A stretch of DNA of 64,000 bases from an uncultured Veillonellaceae bacterium (lineage in GTDB: Bacteria; Bacillota; Negativicutes; JARBTT01), in the NCBI GenBank assembly GCA_963805085.1, contig CAWDTA010000003.1:312924-376923 (forward strand), read 5' to 3'. Within the stretch, counting starts at the first letter, position 1, and each line of letters opens with the position of its first letter. The notes below the pieces were generated by a model. It did no database searches. It worked only from the letters and a program-made list of their open reading frames with translations, and had not been told where the DNA came from. Shown here in pieces: positions 8,904 to 17,995 of the stretch. The position numbers were made by a program, and so were the translations under genes.

Positions 8904-9920
8904 ATGAAGAATTCTACAGCGACAATTAAAGATGTTGCACGAAAAGCGGGCGTATCGATTGCGACGGTTTCTCGTATTTTAAATGGCAGCGGAGTGGTTT
9001 CGCCTAAGTTAATGGAAAATGTACAGTCCGCAATCAAAGAAATTGGTTACCAACCAAATGCTGTTGCAAGGGCGCTCAAAATAAAAGAATCCAAAAGTAT
9101 TGGACTCATTATTCCAGATATTGAAAATCCTTTTTTTCCTGCGTTGGTTCGTGGTGTAGAGGATACTGCTAGGGAATATGATTATGCTGTTATCCTTTGT
9201 AATTCTGATGGATATGCAGTGGAAGAAAAACGATATATCCGATTTTTGCATAGCAAGCAAGTCGATGGCGTTATTTTTACTGGTAGCATTGATAGTGAGG
9301 AAAATTTAACATTATTAACGGATTTAGATGTGCCTGTAGTTACCTTAGATAGGCAGTCAAAGTTAGAAAATATTAGCTCGGTTAGTGTAGATAATTATTA
9401 TGGAGCAATGCTGGCGGTAGAGCATTTGCTTGATCAAGGGGCGAAAAAAGTTGCCTTCTTAGGAGGAGCTCCCCGGTTATCTGTTGCAGCAGAACGTTTT
9501 CAAGGCTATCAAGATGTTTTGAAAAAACGAGGGATTACAATTTTAGATGATTTAATTTTACATGGTGAATTTACGTTTAACAGCGGTTATGGAAATACAG
9601 CACTGCTATTAGAAAGACGGGAAGAGTTTGATGCGGTATTTGCTGCGAATGATTTGATTGCATTTGGTGTGATTGATTGTCTTACGAAACATGGGATTGA
9701 AGTACCACGAGAGATTATCGTAGCTGGCTATGATGATATTCGTATGGCTGGCTGGTATACTCCTTCGCTTACTACGGTGCGACAGCCTGTTTATGAAATG
9801 GGACGAAAAACGGTGGAAATTTTGCTGACCTTGCTTTCTGCTACGGAAAGAGAAATACATACAGAAAGATTCCGCCCCGAGCTAATTATACGCAATTCAA
9901 CGAAGCGTTTAAATGACTAA
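8904..9920 (+). CDS. rbsR: LacI-family repressor of ribose operon
   Basis: TIKDVARKAGVSIATVSR HTH; first gene of rbs cluster. Confidence 0.9.
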   Translation: MKNSTATIKDVARKAGVSIATVSRILNGSGVVSPKLMENVQSAIKEIGYQPNAVARALKIKESKSIGLIIPDIENPFFPALVRGVEDTAREYDYAVILCNSDGYAVEEKRYIRFLHSKQVDGVIFTGSIDSEENLTLLTDLDVPVVTLDRQSKLENISSVSVDNYYGAMLAVEHLLDQGAKKVAFLGGAPRLSVAAERFQGYQDVLKKRGITILDDLILHGEFTFNSGYGNTALLLERREEFDAVFAANDLIAFGVIDCLTKHGIEVPREIIVAGYDDIRMAGWYTPSLTTVRQPVYEMGRKTVEILLTLLSATEREIHTERFRPELIIRNSTKRLND

Positions 9921-9933
9921 TGGAGGGATGGGC

Positions 9934-10887
9934 ATGAACACAGAGGGGTTGAAGGCAACGCATAGATTGCCGATATTAGTAGTAGGCAGCTTAAATATGG
10001 ATTTAGTCGTAAATTCCGAAAAGTTGCCACAATATGGTCAAACCATCTTTGGCGAAAATTTTGCAACTTTCCCAGGTGGAAAGGGCGCTAACCAAGCAGT
10101 TGCCGCAGCTAAATTGGGAGCCAATGTAATGATGGTCGGCTGTGTAGGAAAGGATGCATTTGCTAGTGAACTACTTGACGGTCTTAGTGAAATTGGTGTG
10201 GGTACCAATCATATTAGGAAAGTTGATAGAGCAACAGGCGTTGCATTAATTACTGTTGCGCAAGGTGGAGCGAATACCATTGTAGTTGTTGCCGGCGCTA
10301 ATCAAGAATGTAATCAAAATGATGTAGATTGTGCATTGAAAGTACATAAAAAGCCGGGAATTATTTTATTGCAAAATGAAGTGCCTGAATTGACCGTAGA
10401 ATATGCAATTGAACGTGCTAAAAAGGAGGAATGGCAGGTAATTTATAATCCAGCTCCAGCGAGAAAAATAGATGCCAAATTTTTAGCGATGGTGGATATT
10501 CTTACACCAAACGAAACTGAGCTTGGGATATTAACTGATATGCCTGTAAATTCACAGCAAGAGGCCATTCTAGCAGGGGAAAAGCTCATTTATATGGGGG
10601 TTAAAAAAGTTGTAGTCACAATGGGCGCGGAAGGATCAATTCTTATCGCGGATGGAAAAGTGAAAGTTGTCTCTGCAATTTCTGTACAAGCGGTAGATAG
10701 TACTGCTGCTGGGGATTGCTATAATGGAGCGATGGCAGTTGGACTCTCAGAGGGAAAAACACTCGATGAGTCACTAGAGCTTGCGAAAATAGCTGCTGGT
10801 TTGTCTGTAACCAAAAGCGGAGCACAAACAGCATTACCTATACGGCAAGAAGTAAATGACTATACAGAAAAGGCGGGGAGAACATGA
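9934..10887 (+). CDS. rbsK: Ribokinase
   Basis: GSLNMDLV, PGGKGANQAVAAA, DSTAAGDCY PfkB motifs; start 9934 chosen by RBS. Confidence 0.93.
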   Translation: MNTEGLKATHRLPILVVGSLNMDLVVNSEKLPQYGQTIFGENFATFPGGKGANQAVAAAKLGANVMMVGCVGKDAFASELLDGLSEIGVGTNHIRKVDRATGVALITVAQGGANTIVVVAGANQECNQNDVDCALKVHKKPGIILLQNEVPELTVEYAIERAKKEEWQVIYNPAPARKIDAKFLAMVDILTPNETELGILTDMPVNSQQEAILAGEKLIYMGVKKVVVTMGAEGSILIADGKVKVVSAISVQAVDSTAAGDCYNGAMAVGLSEGKTLDESLELAKIAAGLSVTKSGAQTALPIRQEVNDYTEKAGRT

Positions 10888-11279
10888 AAAAGCTAGGCGT
10901 ATTAAATAAAGAAATCAGTGAAGTAATAGCTGGAATGGGGCACTATGACATGCTAGTTATTGGCGATGCGGGTCTGCCAATTCCTCAAAGTGTAAAGCGG
11001 ATTGACTTAGCACTTACTAAAGGTGTACCTGAATTTTTGCAAACGCTACGTACTGTGCTCGAAGAACTTCAGGTGGAACGAGCTGTAATTGCAAGTGAAA
11101 TGGAAAATGTCAGCCCCGATCTTTATCAAGATGTGACAAAAATGATGGGGAATACGCCTATTAGGGCAGTATCGCATGAAGAATTTAAAAATATGACGCA
11201 ACGGTCGGTGGCAGTAATCCGCACTGGCGAATTTACGCCTTATGCCAATATTATTCTAGAATCTGGAGTCATTTTTTAG
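10884..11279 (+). CDS. rbsD: D-ribose pyranase
   Basis: GHYDMLVIGDAGLP, IRTGEFTPYANIIL motifs. Confidence 0.95.
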   Translation: MKKLGVLNKEISEVIAGMGHYDMLVIGDAGLPIPQSVKRIDLALTKGVPEFLQTLRTVLEELQVERAVIASEMENVSPDLYQDVTKMMGNTPIRAVSHEEFKNMTQRSVAVIRTGEFTPYANIILESGVIF

Positions 11280-11322
11280 TTCGCTGCATTGCATAAATGA
11301 AGTTTACTAAGGAGGTTGAGCT

Positions 11323-12840
11323 GTGGTGTATAATGTGCTTCTTGAGATGAAGGGAATTGTTAAGGAATTCCCCGGAGTAAAAGCATTGAAGAACGTTGAT
11401 TTTTCCCTTAGAGAAGGGGAAATACATGCTTTACTAGGTGAAAACGGTGCAGGCAAGTCAACATTAATGAAAGTTTTGAGCGGAGTCTATGCCAAGGATG
11501 CGGGTGAAATCATATTAGCTGGCCAATCGGTGGAATTCTCTGGGCCTCGTGAGGCACAGCAATTGGGCATAGGAATTATTCACCAAGAGTTGAATATGGT
11601 GCCGGAACTTACCGTTATGGAAAATATATTTTTAGGACGAGAGCCGCATCGTATGGGTTTTATTGATAAAAAAAGCATGAAGTTAGATGCGGCAGAAATT
11701 TTACATAGATTGGGGAGTGATATCAAGCCCGATACACTAATTTCTGAATTGAGTATTGGTGCACAGCAAATGGTCGAGATTGCTAAACAATTATCGCAAA
11801 AAACACGAATTTTAATTATGGATGAACCTACAGCGGCATTAACAGAAAAGGAAACCGAGAACCTATTTGTAATTATTCGTCAATTGGCAGCAAGTGGTGT
11901 AGGAATTGTATATATATCGCATCGGATGGAAGAATTATTCGCGCTGAGTAATCGTATTACGGTAATGCGTGATGGCAGTTATGTTGGAACAGTCAATACT
12001 CGTGAGGTAGTTTTTGATGATTTAGTAAAAATGATGGTTGGCCGAGAACTTACCGAACGTTTTCCAAAAGAAAACGTTGCTGTAGGTCAAGAAATTTTAC
12101 GGGTAGCAGGGGTAAATCGTACCGGTATATTACATAATATATCGCTGTCTGTTCGTTCTGGAGAAATCGTAGGTCTTGCCGGTTTAATGGGTGCAGGACG
12201 AACTGAACTGGCGCGTGCCATCTTTGGGGCAGATAAAATTGATAGCGGAGAAATATTTATTGATGGGGAGAAAAAAAACATTCAGTCGCCTGCTGATGGA
12301 ATTAAGGCTGGAATAGGCTTAATTACTGAAGATCGTAAGCATGAAGGATTAGTTTTGTCTATGTCGGTAGGAAAAAATATTTCTTTGGCGGCGCTAAAGT
12401 CAGTCTGTCGGCAAACTTTTATTAAGAATTCAATCGAGGATAAACTCATTGAACAGCATATTGCCAACTTGAAAATACGGACGCCAGATGCGGATAAAGA
12501 AGTAAAAGGACTCAGCGGAGGCAATCAGCAAAAAGTGGTCATTGCTAAATGGCTATCGAATAATCCGAAAATTTTGATTATGGATGAGCCTACTCGCGGG
12601 GTAGATGTTGGCGCGAAGGCAGAAATTTATCACATTATGAATATGCTGGTTAAAGAAGGCGTGGGGATATTGATGATATCCTCAGAATTACCAGAAATTT
12701 TAGGGTTGAGTGATCGAGTACTGGTAATGAGTAGAGGCAAAATTACGGGTGAACTTAATATAGATGAAGCAACACAGGAAAAAATTATGGCCTTTGCGGC
12801 TCGAACTGGAGGAGACGAAAGCGGTGTCACAGGCAAATGA
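11323..12840 (+). CDS. rbsA: Ribose ABC transporter ATP-binding protein
   Basis: Two ABC domains: GENGAGKST, MDEPT, LSGGNQQK. Confidence 0.93.
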   Translation: MVYNVLLEMKGIVKEFPGVKALKNVDFSLREGEIHALLGENGAGKSTLMKVLSGVYAKDAGEIILAGQSVEFSGPREAQQLGIGIIHQELNMVPELTVMENIFLGREPHRMGFIDKKSMKLDAAEILHRLGSDIKPDTLISELSIGAQQMVEIAKQLSQKTRILIMDEPTAALTEKETENLFVIIRQLAASGVGIVYISHRMEELFALSNRITVMRDGSYVGTVNTREVVFDDLVKMMVGRELTERFPKENVAVGQEILRVAGVNRTGILHNISLSVRSGEIVGLAGLMGAGRTELARAIFGADKIDSGEIFIDGEKKNIQSPADGIKAGIGLITEDRKHEGLVLSMSVGKNISLAALKSVCRQTFIKNSIEDKLIEQHIANLKIRTPDADKEVKGLSGGNQQKVVIAKWLSNNPKILIMDEPTRGVDVGAKAEIYHIMNMLVKEGVGILMISSELPEILGLSDRVLVMSRGKITGELNIDEATQEKIMAFAARTGGDESGVTGK

Positions 12841-13774
12841 ATTTTTAAAACAAAAAACGGCTATGATTAAGAAGTTGGGGCCTTTATTAGGATTACTTCT
12901 TCTAAGCATTGTGCTTGCTGTTATATCTGAGGATTTTTTGACAGTAAGTAATCTTTTAAATGTAGCAAGACAGATTTCACTAAATGCCATTATCAGTGTA
13001 GGGATGACTTTTATCTTGTTAACAGGTGGCATTGATTTGTCAGTGGGTTCCATCGTGGCGATATCTGGCAGTATTACGGCAGGACTACTTGTCCAAGGGA
13101 CAGGCAGCATTCTGGCAATTGGTGCCGGACTTTTATTAGGCGCCGTGCTTGGTGCTATCAATGGCTTGCTGATTACGCGGGGAAAATTGCCGCCGTTCAT
13201 TGCAACAATGGGGATGATGACCATTGCACGTGGCTATTGTTTAATTTATACAGAGGGACGTCCTATCACAGGATTTAGTGAAGCATTCCGCTGGTTAGGC
13301 GGCGGATATATTGCGGGTATTCCCGTTCCTGTATTTATCATGGCATTTCTTTTTATCGCTGCTTATATCTTTTTGAAACAAAACAGATTTGGTCGTTATA
13401 TTTATGCGATTGGTGGCAATGAAGAAGCGGCTCGCTTGTCGGGGATCAGCACTGAAAAAGTGTTAGTATCCATCTATGTTTTATCAGGTTTCCTGGCAGC
13501 ACTTAGCGGTATCATCTTAACCTCTCGTCTAAACTCAGCGCAGCCAACAGCGGGTGTTGGTTTTGAAATGGATGCAATTGCTGCGGTAGTTTTAGGAGGA
13601 ACGAGTCTTTCGGGCGGCGTTGGAACGATTGGTGGTACTGTTATAGGTGCAATGATTATTGGAGTATTGGATAACGGACTAAATTTACTTAATGTCTCAT
13701 CGTTTTATCAGCAAGTTGCTAAAGGGATTGTTATCTTGCTGGCAGTACTTTTAGATCGCAAGAAAAACAAATAA
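12824..13774 (+). CDS. rbsC: Ribose ABC transporter permease
   Basis: GGIDLSVGS, IGGNEEAARLSGI, AAVVLGGTSLSGG; GTG start 12824 after GGAGGA. Confidence 0.93.
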   Translation: MSQANEFLKQKTAMIKKLGPLLGLLLLSIVLAVISEDFLTVSNLLNVARQISLNAIISVGMTFILLTGGIDLSVGSIVAISGSITAGLLVQGTGSILAIGAGLLLGAVLGAINGLLITRGKLPPFIATMGMMTIARGYCLIYTEGRPITGFSEAFRWLGGGYIAGIPVPVFIMAFLFIAAYIFLKQNRFGRYIYAIGGNEEAARLSGISTEKVLVSIYVLSGFLAALSGIILTSRLNSAQPTAGVGFEMDAIAAVVLGGTSLSGGVGTIGGTVIGAMIIGVLDNGLNLLNVSSFYQQVAKGIVILLAVLLDRKKNK

Positions 13775-13864
13775 CTGTTTTTTATATAGAGATAGACAAT
13801 AAGGAGGCGGTGGGCAGAAATAAATTTGGTAAAACCAAGACACAAATAAAAAGGGGGAGAATTC

Positions 13865-14803
13865 ATGTTTTCTGGATTGCGTAAAAAGGGTACGTTAATT
13901 GTTTTGGTAGTGATGGTATCTATTATTAGTTTGCTAGTTGGTTGTGGCGGAAATAAAGCAACACAAGACCAAGAAAAGTCAGGTAAGAAAGTCATTGGTT
14001 TATCAATCTCTACATTGAATAATCCATTTTTCGTTGATTTAAAGGATGGTGCACAAGCAGCTGCTAAAGAGCTTGGTATTGAATTAGTGGTTATGGATGC
14101 ACAAAATGATGCTTCAAAGCAAATGGCTAATATTGAAAATCTTGTACAACAAAAGGTAAGTGTACTCATAGTAAATCCAGTTGACTCAAAAGCGGTTGTA
14201 CCGGCAATTGAAGCTGCCAATAAGGCAAATATTCCGGTAATTACTGTTGATAGAGGCGCAGATGGTGGCAAGATTGTAAGTGCGATCGCTTCCGATAATG
14301 TGGCTGGCGGAAAAATGGCGGCGCAACTTTTGATTGATAAACTAGGTGGCAAAGGAAAGGTCATTGAATTAGAAGGTATTCCTGGTAGCTCTGCGGCAAA
14401 TGATCGTGGTAAGGGTTTTGACGATGGAATCAAAGCGGCTACAGGCATTACTTTAGCTGCAAAACAACCTGCTGATTTTGACCGGGCAAAAGGCATGAAA
14501 GTAATGGAAAATATTCTTCAGGCTAATCCTGATATTCAGGCAGTGTTTGCTCAGAATGATGAAATGGCCTTAGGTGCTGTAGAAGCTATCAAAGCAGCGA
14601 AACGTAATAATGTGTTAGTTGTAGGTTTTGATGCTACAGCAGATGCGATTAAAGCAGTTGATAGTGGCGATATGTTAGCTACAGTAGCACAAAAACCAAA
14701 AGATATGGGTAAAGTTTCTATTGAAACAGCGCAAAAAATTATGAGTGGCGAGACAGTACCAGAGTCCATTCCGGTTGCATTAGAATTGATTGTTAAAAAA
14801 TAG
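13865..14803 (+). CDS. rbsB: Ribose ABC transporter substrate-binding lipoprotein
   Basis: Lipobox LVGC; STLNNPFF, AQNDEMALGA motifs. Confidence 0.93.
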   Translation: MFSGLRKKGTLIVLVVMVSIISLLVGCGGNKATQDQEKSGKKVIGLSISTLNNPFFVDLKDGAQAAAKELGIELVVMDAQNDASKQMANIENLVQQKVSVLIVNPVDSKAVVPAIEAANKANIPVITVDRGADGGKIVSAIASDNVAGGKMAAQLLIDKLGGKGKVIELEGIPGSSAANDRGKGFDDGIKAATGITLAAKQPADFDRAKGMKVMENILQANPDIQAVFAQNDEMALGAVEAIKAAKRNNVLVVGFDATADAIKAVDSGDMLATVAQKPKDMGKVSIETAQKIMSGETVPESIPVALELIVKK

Positions 14804-14849
14804 AATAAAACGATTCAATATGCGGTAAGTAAAAAGGAGCTATGTTTAT

Positions 14850-14945
14850 TGAGGTGACCACTATAAGTTAGACTTTATAGCGTAGCAGTTTTATCTGCTA
14901 CGCTATTTCTTTATGCAGCTAGGAGATTGAGTCTATATTAAACAG
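14850..14945 (-). mobile_element. Remnant right end of an IS3-family element
   Basis: Minus strand reads V-*-YRLNLLAA-stop (decayed IS3 transposase C-terminus, PVQYR...AA type), then a 12-bp hairpin, then ...AGTCTAACTTATAGTGGTCACCTCA ending in CA. Confidence 0.65.
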
Positions 14946-15006
14946 CACACTCCTACTCAAGCAACATATAATGAAGCAATAGTAGTTCAATGGGGAGAGG
15001 GTTATA

Positions 15007-15105
15007 TTGTTATGGGGTGACAGGAGTGTATTAGTCTGGCTAGTGATATTGTTGTTTTTCGTCGATAATGATTGCTGTGATACTTCTAGCGACTCTATAG
15101 ATTAA
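15007..15105 (+). CDS. Putative 32-aa small membrane protein (not in ORF track)
   Basis: RBS GGAGAGG, TTG start, MLWGDRSVLVWLVILLFFVDNDCCDTSSDSID*, followed by terminator; SigK-like CATATAATG upstream. Confidence 0.55.
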   Translation: MLWGDRSVLVWLVILLFFVDNDCCDTSSDSID

Positions 15106-15110
15106 TGGAC

Positions 15111-15147
15111 ATAAAAAGTGGACGTAGTCAGTACGCCCACTTTTTAT
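15111..15147. terminator. Bidirectional terminator
   Basis: ATAAAAAGTGGACGTA/TACGCCCACTTTTTAT hairpin between convergent ORFs. Confidence 0.75.
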
Positions 15148-15149
15148 GG

Positions 15150-15674
15150 TTATATTGTATTTTCATTCGTACAGACCATTAATGCTTTCCATAACTTAGC
15201 AAGATGGATTTTTTCATCATTTGCATTATCGCAAAATAGAATTTTTACATCCTTATGTTCAGCGACAGCATAGCTCTCTTGGTATTGATTGATTGCTGTT
15301 AATTCATCTGTAATCGAATGCGTAAGTAGTTCGATTGTTTCAAATGAGCAACAGGTTTTGCTTTTACGGAAGCTATCAACAGACGGTAAGTTAATCTCAC
15401 AATCATTGAAGGCACAGCCTTGAATCGGATCATAGCAGGCAAGAACAACCATCGTACGGCGAAAATGTATCATTTCATCATGGGCAAGTTCGGTAAATAA
15501 TTTGCTAAGATCGCCACTGGTTTGTTCGGCTGCACATAAGTAATGACAAATACTCATGCGCTCGCCGATTGCGTTTTTTCTAAGTAGTAACAGATCCGGA
15601 TCTGTTGGGCACATACAAGCAGGATCAGGTTGGTTTGGATAGAATCCTTTATGGGGAACATGTCTTTCATCCAT
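15150..15674 (-). CDS. Ferritin-like (rubrerythrin-type diiron four-helix) protein, Cys-rich
   Basis: Two E..(Y)..DExxH units (DEMIH, DEKIH); RBS GGGAGG. Confidence 0.8.
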   Translation of the reverse strand: MDERHVPHKGFYPNQPDPACMCPTDPDLLLLRKNAIGERMSICHYLCAAEQTSGDLSKLFTELAHDEMIHFRRTMVVLACYDPIQGCAFNDCEINLPSVDSFRKSKTCCSFETIELLTHSITDELTAINQYQESYAVAEHKDVKILFCDNANDEKIHLAKLWKALMVCTNENTI

Positions 15675-15702
15675 AATAAAAAGCCTCCCACATTCATTTT
15701 TA

Positions 15703-15730
15703 TATACTATGAATGGGGGAGACGATAGGT
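15703..15730 (-). promoter_or_regulatory. SigK-type promoter of ferritin-like gene
   Basis: Minus strand AC-N17-CATAGTATA. Confidence 0.55.
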
Positions 15731-15741
15731 TCCTGAATGAG

Positions 15742-16986
15742 TTAGAATTTCAATGTGGCAAAGTAATCCTCAATTGTTTCGGCACGGCGAATCATTTCTA
15801 CATCGCCATTTGGTTTTAATAATAATTCCGCAGAGCGAAGTTTTCCATTATAATTAAAGCCCATTGCATGTCCATGTGCACCAGCATCATGAATCACAAC
15901 GATATCACCAATATCAATTTTTGGTAAAGCACGATCAATGGCAAATTTATCGTTATTCTCACAAAGAGAACCGGTAATATCATATACGTGATCGCAAGGA
16001 GCAGTTTCTTTACCAACTATAGTAATATGATGGTAAGAGCCATATAGCGCAGGACGCATTAAGTTTGCCATGCAAGAATCTAAGCCAATATAGTTTTTAT
16101 AGATCTCTTTTTTATGCATTGCAGTAGAAACTAGGTAGCCATAAGGTCCAGTGATGGAGCGACCAAGTTCTAGCGCAATTGTAAGTGGAGCAATTCCGTT
16201 TGCGACAACAATTTTTTCGTAGGCTTTGCGAATGCCTTCGCCAACGTATTCTAAATCTACAGCAGTTTGTTCTGGGCGGTAAGGAATACCAACGCCACCA
16301 CCGAAGTTTACGAATTCTAATTTGATGCCAAGTTTTTCATGGATTTCAACGGCCAGATTAAACATAAGTTCTGCAGTACCAATGAAACAATCTGGATTTA
16401 ATTCGTTAGAGATAACCATCGTATGGAGACCAAAGCGTTTTACGCCTTTTTCTTTAGCGGTTTTATAAGCTTCAAAGATCTGCTCTCTAGTTAGTCCATA
16501 TTTTGCTTCTTCTGGTGTACCGATAATGGTATTGCCATTTTCCATTAAAGGACCAGGATTGTAGCGGAAAGATAGAATTTTAGGGAAACCAGCATTTTTT
16601 TCTAAATAATCAATGTGAGTAATATCATCAAGGTTGATGACTGCACCAAGTTCGATTGCCTTTTGGAACTCATTTGCCGGTGTATCATTGGAAGTAAGCA
16701 TGATTGCTTCGCCTTTGATGCCAGCCATATCAGATAATAATAGCTCAGCAAGTGAGCTACAGTCAGCACCAACGCCTTCTTCACGAAGAACTTTTAGGAG
16801 TGCAGGAGTTGGGGCTGCTTTTACTGCAAAATATTCTCTAAAGCAAGGTGCCCAAGCAAAGGCTTTGAATAATCTACGAACATTATTTCTAATTGCTTGT
16901 TCGTCATAAATATGAAAGGGAGTAGGATATTTTTTTATAATTTCTTGTAATTTCACACTATCAATAGGAAAAATTTTTTCTGCCAT
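15742..16986 (-). CDS. lysA: Diaminopimelate decarboxylase
   Basis: YFAVKA PLP lysine, GGGVG, GSLCENNDKF, AGAHG motifs; downstream of lysine riboswitch. Confidence 0.93.
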   Translation of the reverse strand: MAEKIFPIDSVKLQEIIKKYPTPFHIYDEQAIRNNVRRLFKAFAWAPCFREYFAVKAAPTPALLKVLREEGVGADCSSLAELLLSDMAGIKGEAIMLTSNDTPANEFQKAIELGAVINLDDITHIDYLEKNAGFPKILSFRYNPGPLMENGNTIIGTPEEAKYGLTREQIFEAYKTAKEKGVKRFGLHTMVISNELNPDCFIGTAELMFNLAVEIHEKLGIKLEFVNFGGGVGIPYRPEQTAVDLEYVGEGIRKAYEKIVVANGIAPLTIALELGRSITGPYGYLVSTAMHKKEIYKNYIGLDSCMANLMRPALYGSYHHITIVGKETAPCDHVYDITGSLCENNDKFAIDRALPKIDIGDIVVIHDAGAHGHAMGFNYNGKLRSAELLLKPNGDVEMIRRAETIEDYFATLKF

Positions 16987-17029
16987 TCGTAAAGTACCTC
17001 CATATATTTGATCAAGTTTTAAATCTAAA

Positions 17030-17071
17030 AATATAAAAAGCGATTTGGAAGTTACTACCTCGCAAATCGCT
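17030..17071 (-). terminator. Expression-platform terminator of lysine riboswitch
   Basis: Minus strand AGCGATTTG...CAAATCGC followed by T-run, between aptamer and lysA RBS. Confidence 0.8.
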
Positions 17072-17091
17072 AAAAAATCAAACTAGCAACG

Positions 17092-17256
17092 CAAGATAGC
17101 ACTCCACACTAAAGTATGACAGTCTTGCATCTATTAAATCCAAGACCAACAATATCTCTTTGCCTAAACATATTGTTTCGGCGACTATCCCTTTTGATAC
17201 GCATCTTTGCTGGCAGCTCCGCGTAGCTACTGTTGATAAATCGCAACCTCTATCTA
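17092..17256 (-). ncRNA. Lysine riboswitch
   Basis: Minus strand GATAGAGGTTGCG...AGTA...AAAGG...CGCCGAA...GACTGTCA...GGAGTGCTATC hallmarks upstream of lysA. Confidence 0.92.
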
Positions 17257-17275
17257 TATTTATTAATTTTGCAAC

Positions 17276-17304
17276 ATTATATCAATATTAGCGAAATGTG
17301 TCAA
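17276..17304 (-). promoter_or_regulatory. sigmaA promoter for lys riboswitch-lysA
   Basis: Perfect TTGACA-N17-TATAAT on minus strand. Confidence 0.85.
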
Positions 17305-17596
17305 TTGAAAAATATTATCAATTGACTAGGAAGTTAACATTTTAATAGCAAATACAAAATGTTAGTTTCTTATTTTGTATAGTTATTGCTTGGTGCAAGC
17401 GAAGAAATGTTTACCTGTATACTAAAAAGACAATAATTTATGAAAAAATGGCATAGCTAGATTCACTACGCTTTATCGCATGATGGTGTTTTTGTGCAAA
17501 TAATGTTGTAAAATAAATAATATTATGGAAGTAAGATATAATATGTTACAATAAAAGTTAATCAACTTTTGTATATTATGGGTAGGTGAAAATACT

Positions 17597-17968
17597 ATGT
17601 GGATTAGACTATGGTCGTTGTTTCGATTGCTCAGGGAAGATATTGTGCTTTTATTCTTTGCATGGCGCAATCCAAGAGCACCAAGGTATATTAAAATATT
17701 ACTATTTGCCGCAGTTGGATATCTAATCAGTCCGGTGGACTTGATTCCTGATTATTTGCCAGTCGTAGGAATGATGGATGACATGATTATTGTGCCAACT
17801 GCCCTACTTTATATCACTCGTCTATTACCAGTTGATATTCGTTTGGAGTGTGAGCGAGATACGGATCGATTAAAAAGAAAAATGCCATATATTTTAAGTG
17901 TGCTTGCGATCGTAGTCTTATTATGGGTAGCATTTTTAATCTGGGGTATCTATATGTTGTTAAAATGA
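17597..17968 (+). CDS. DUF1232/YkvA-family membrane protein
   Basis: YLISPVDLIPDYLPVVGMMDD motif. Confidence 0.88.
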   Translation: MWIRLWSLFRLLREDIVLLFFAWRNPRAPRYIKILLFAAVGYLISPVDLIPDYLPVVGMMDDMIIVPTALLYITRLLPVDIRLECERDTDRLKRKMPYILSVLAIVVLLWVAFLIWGIYMLLK

Positions 17969-17995
17969 TTTTTTAGTTAGTATGGGGTGTAAATT

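Noticed and set aside
13708-14496. Long antisense ORFs (here, 12700-13224, 49947-50732 and similar)
   Set aside because: Shadow frames of well-supported genes, no RBS or recognisable motifs
15150-15674. Encapsulin cargo interpretation of the ferritin-like protein
   Set aside because: No encapsulin gene nearby and no recognisable targeting peptide
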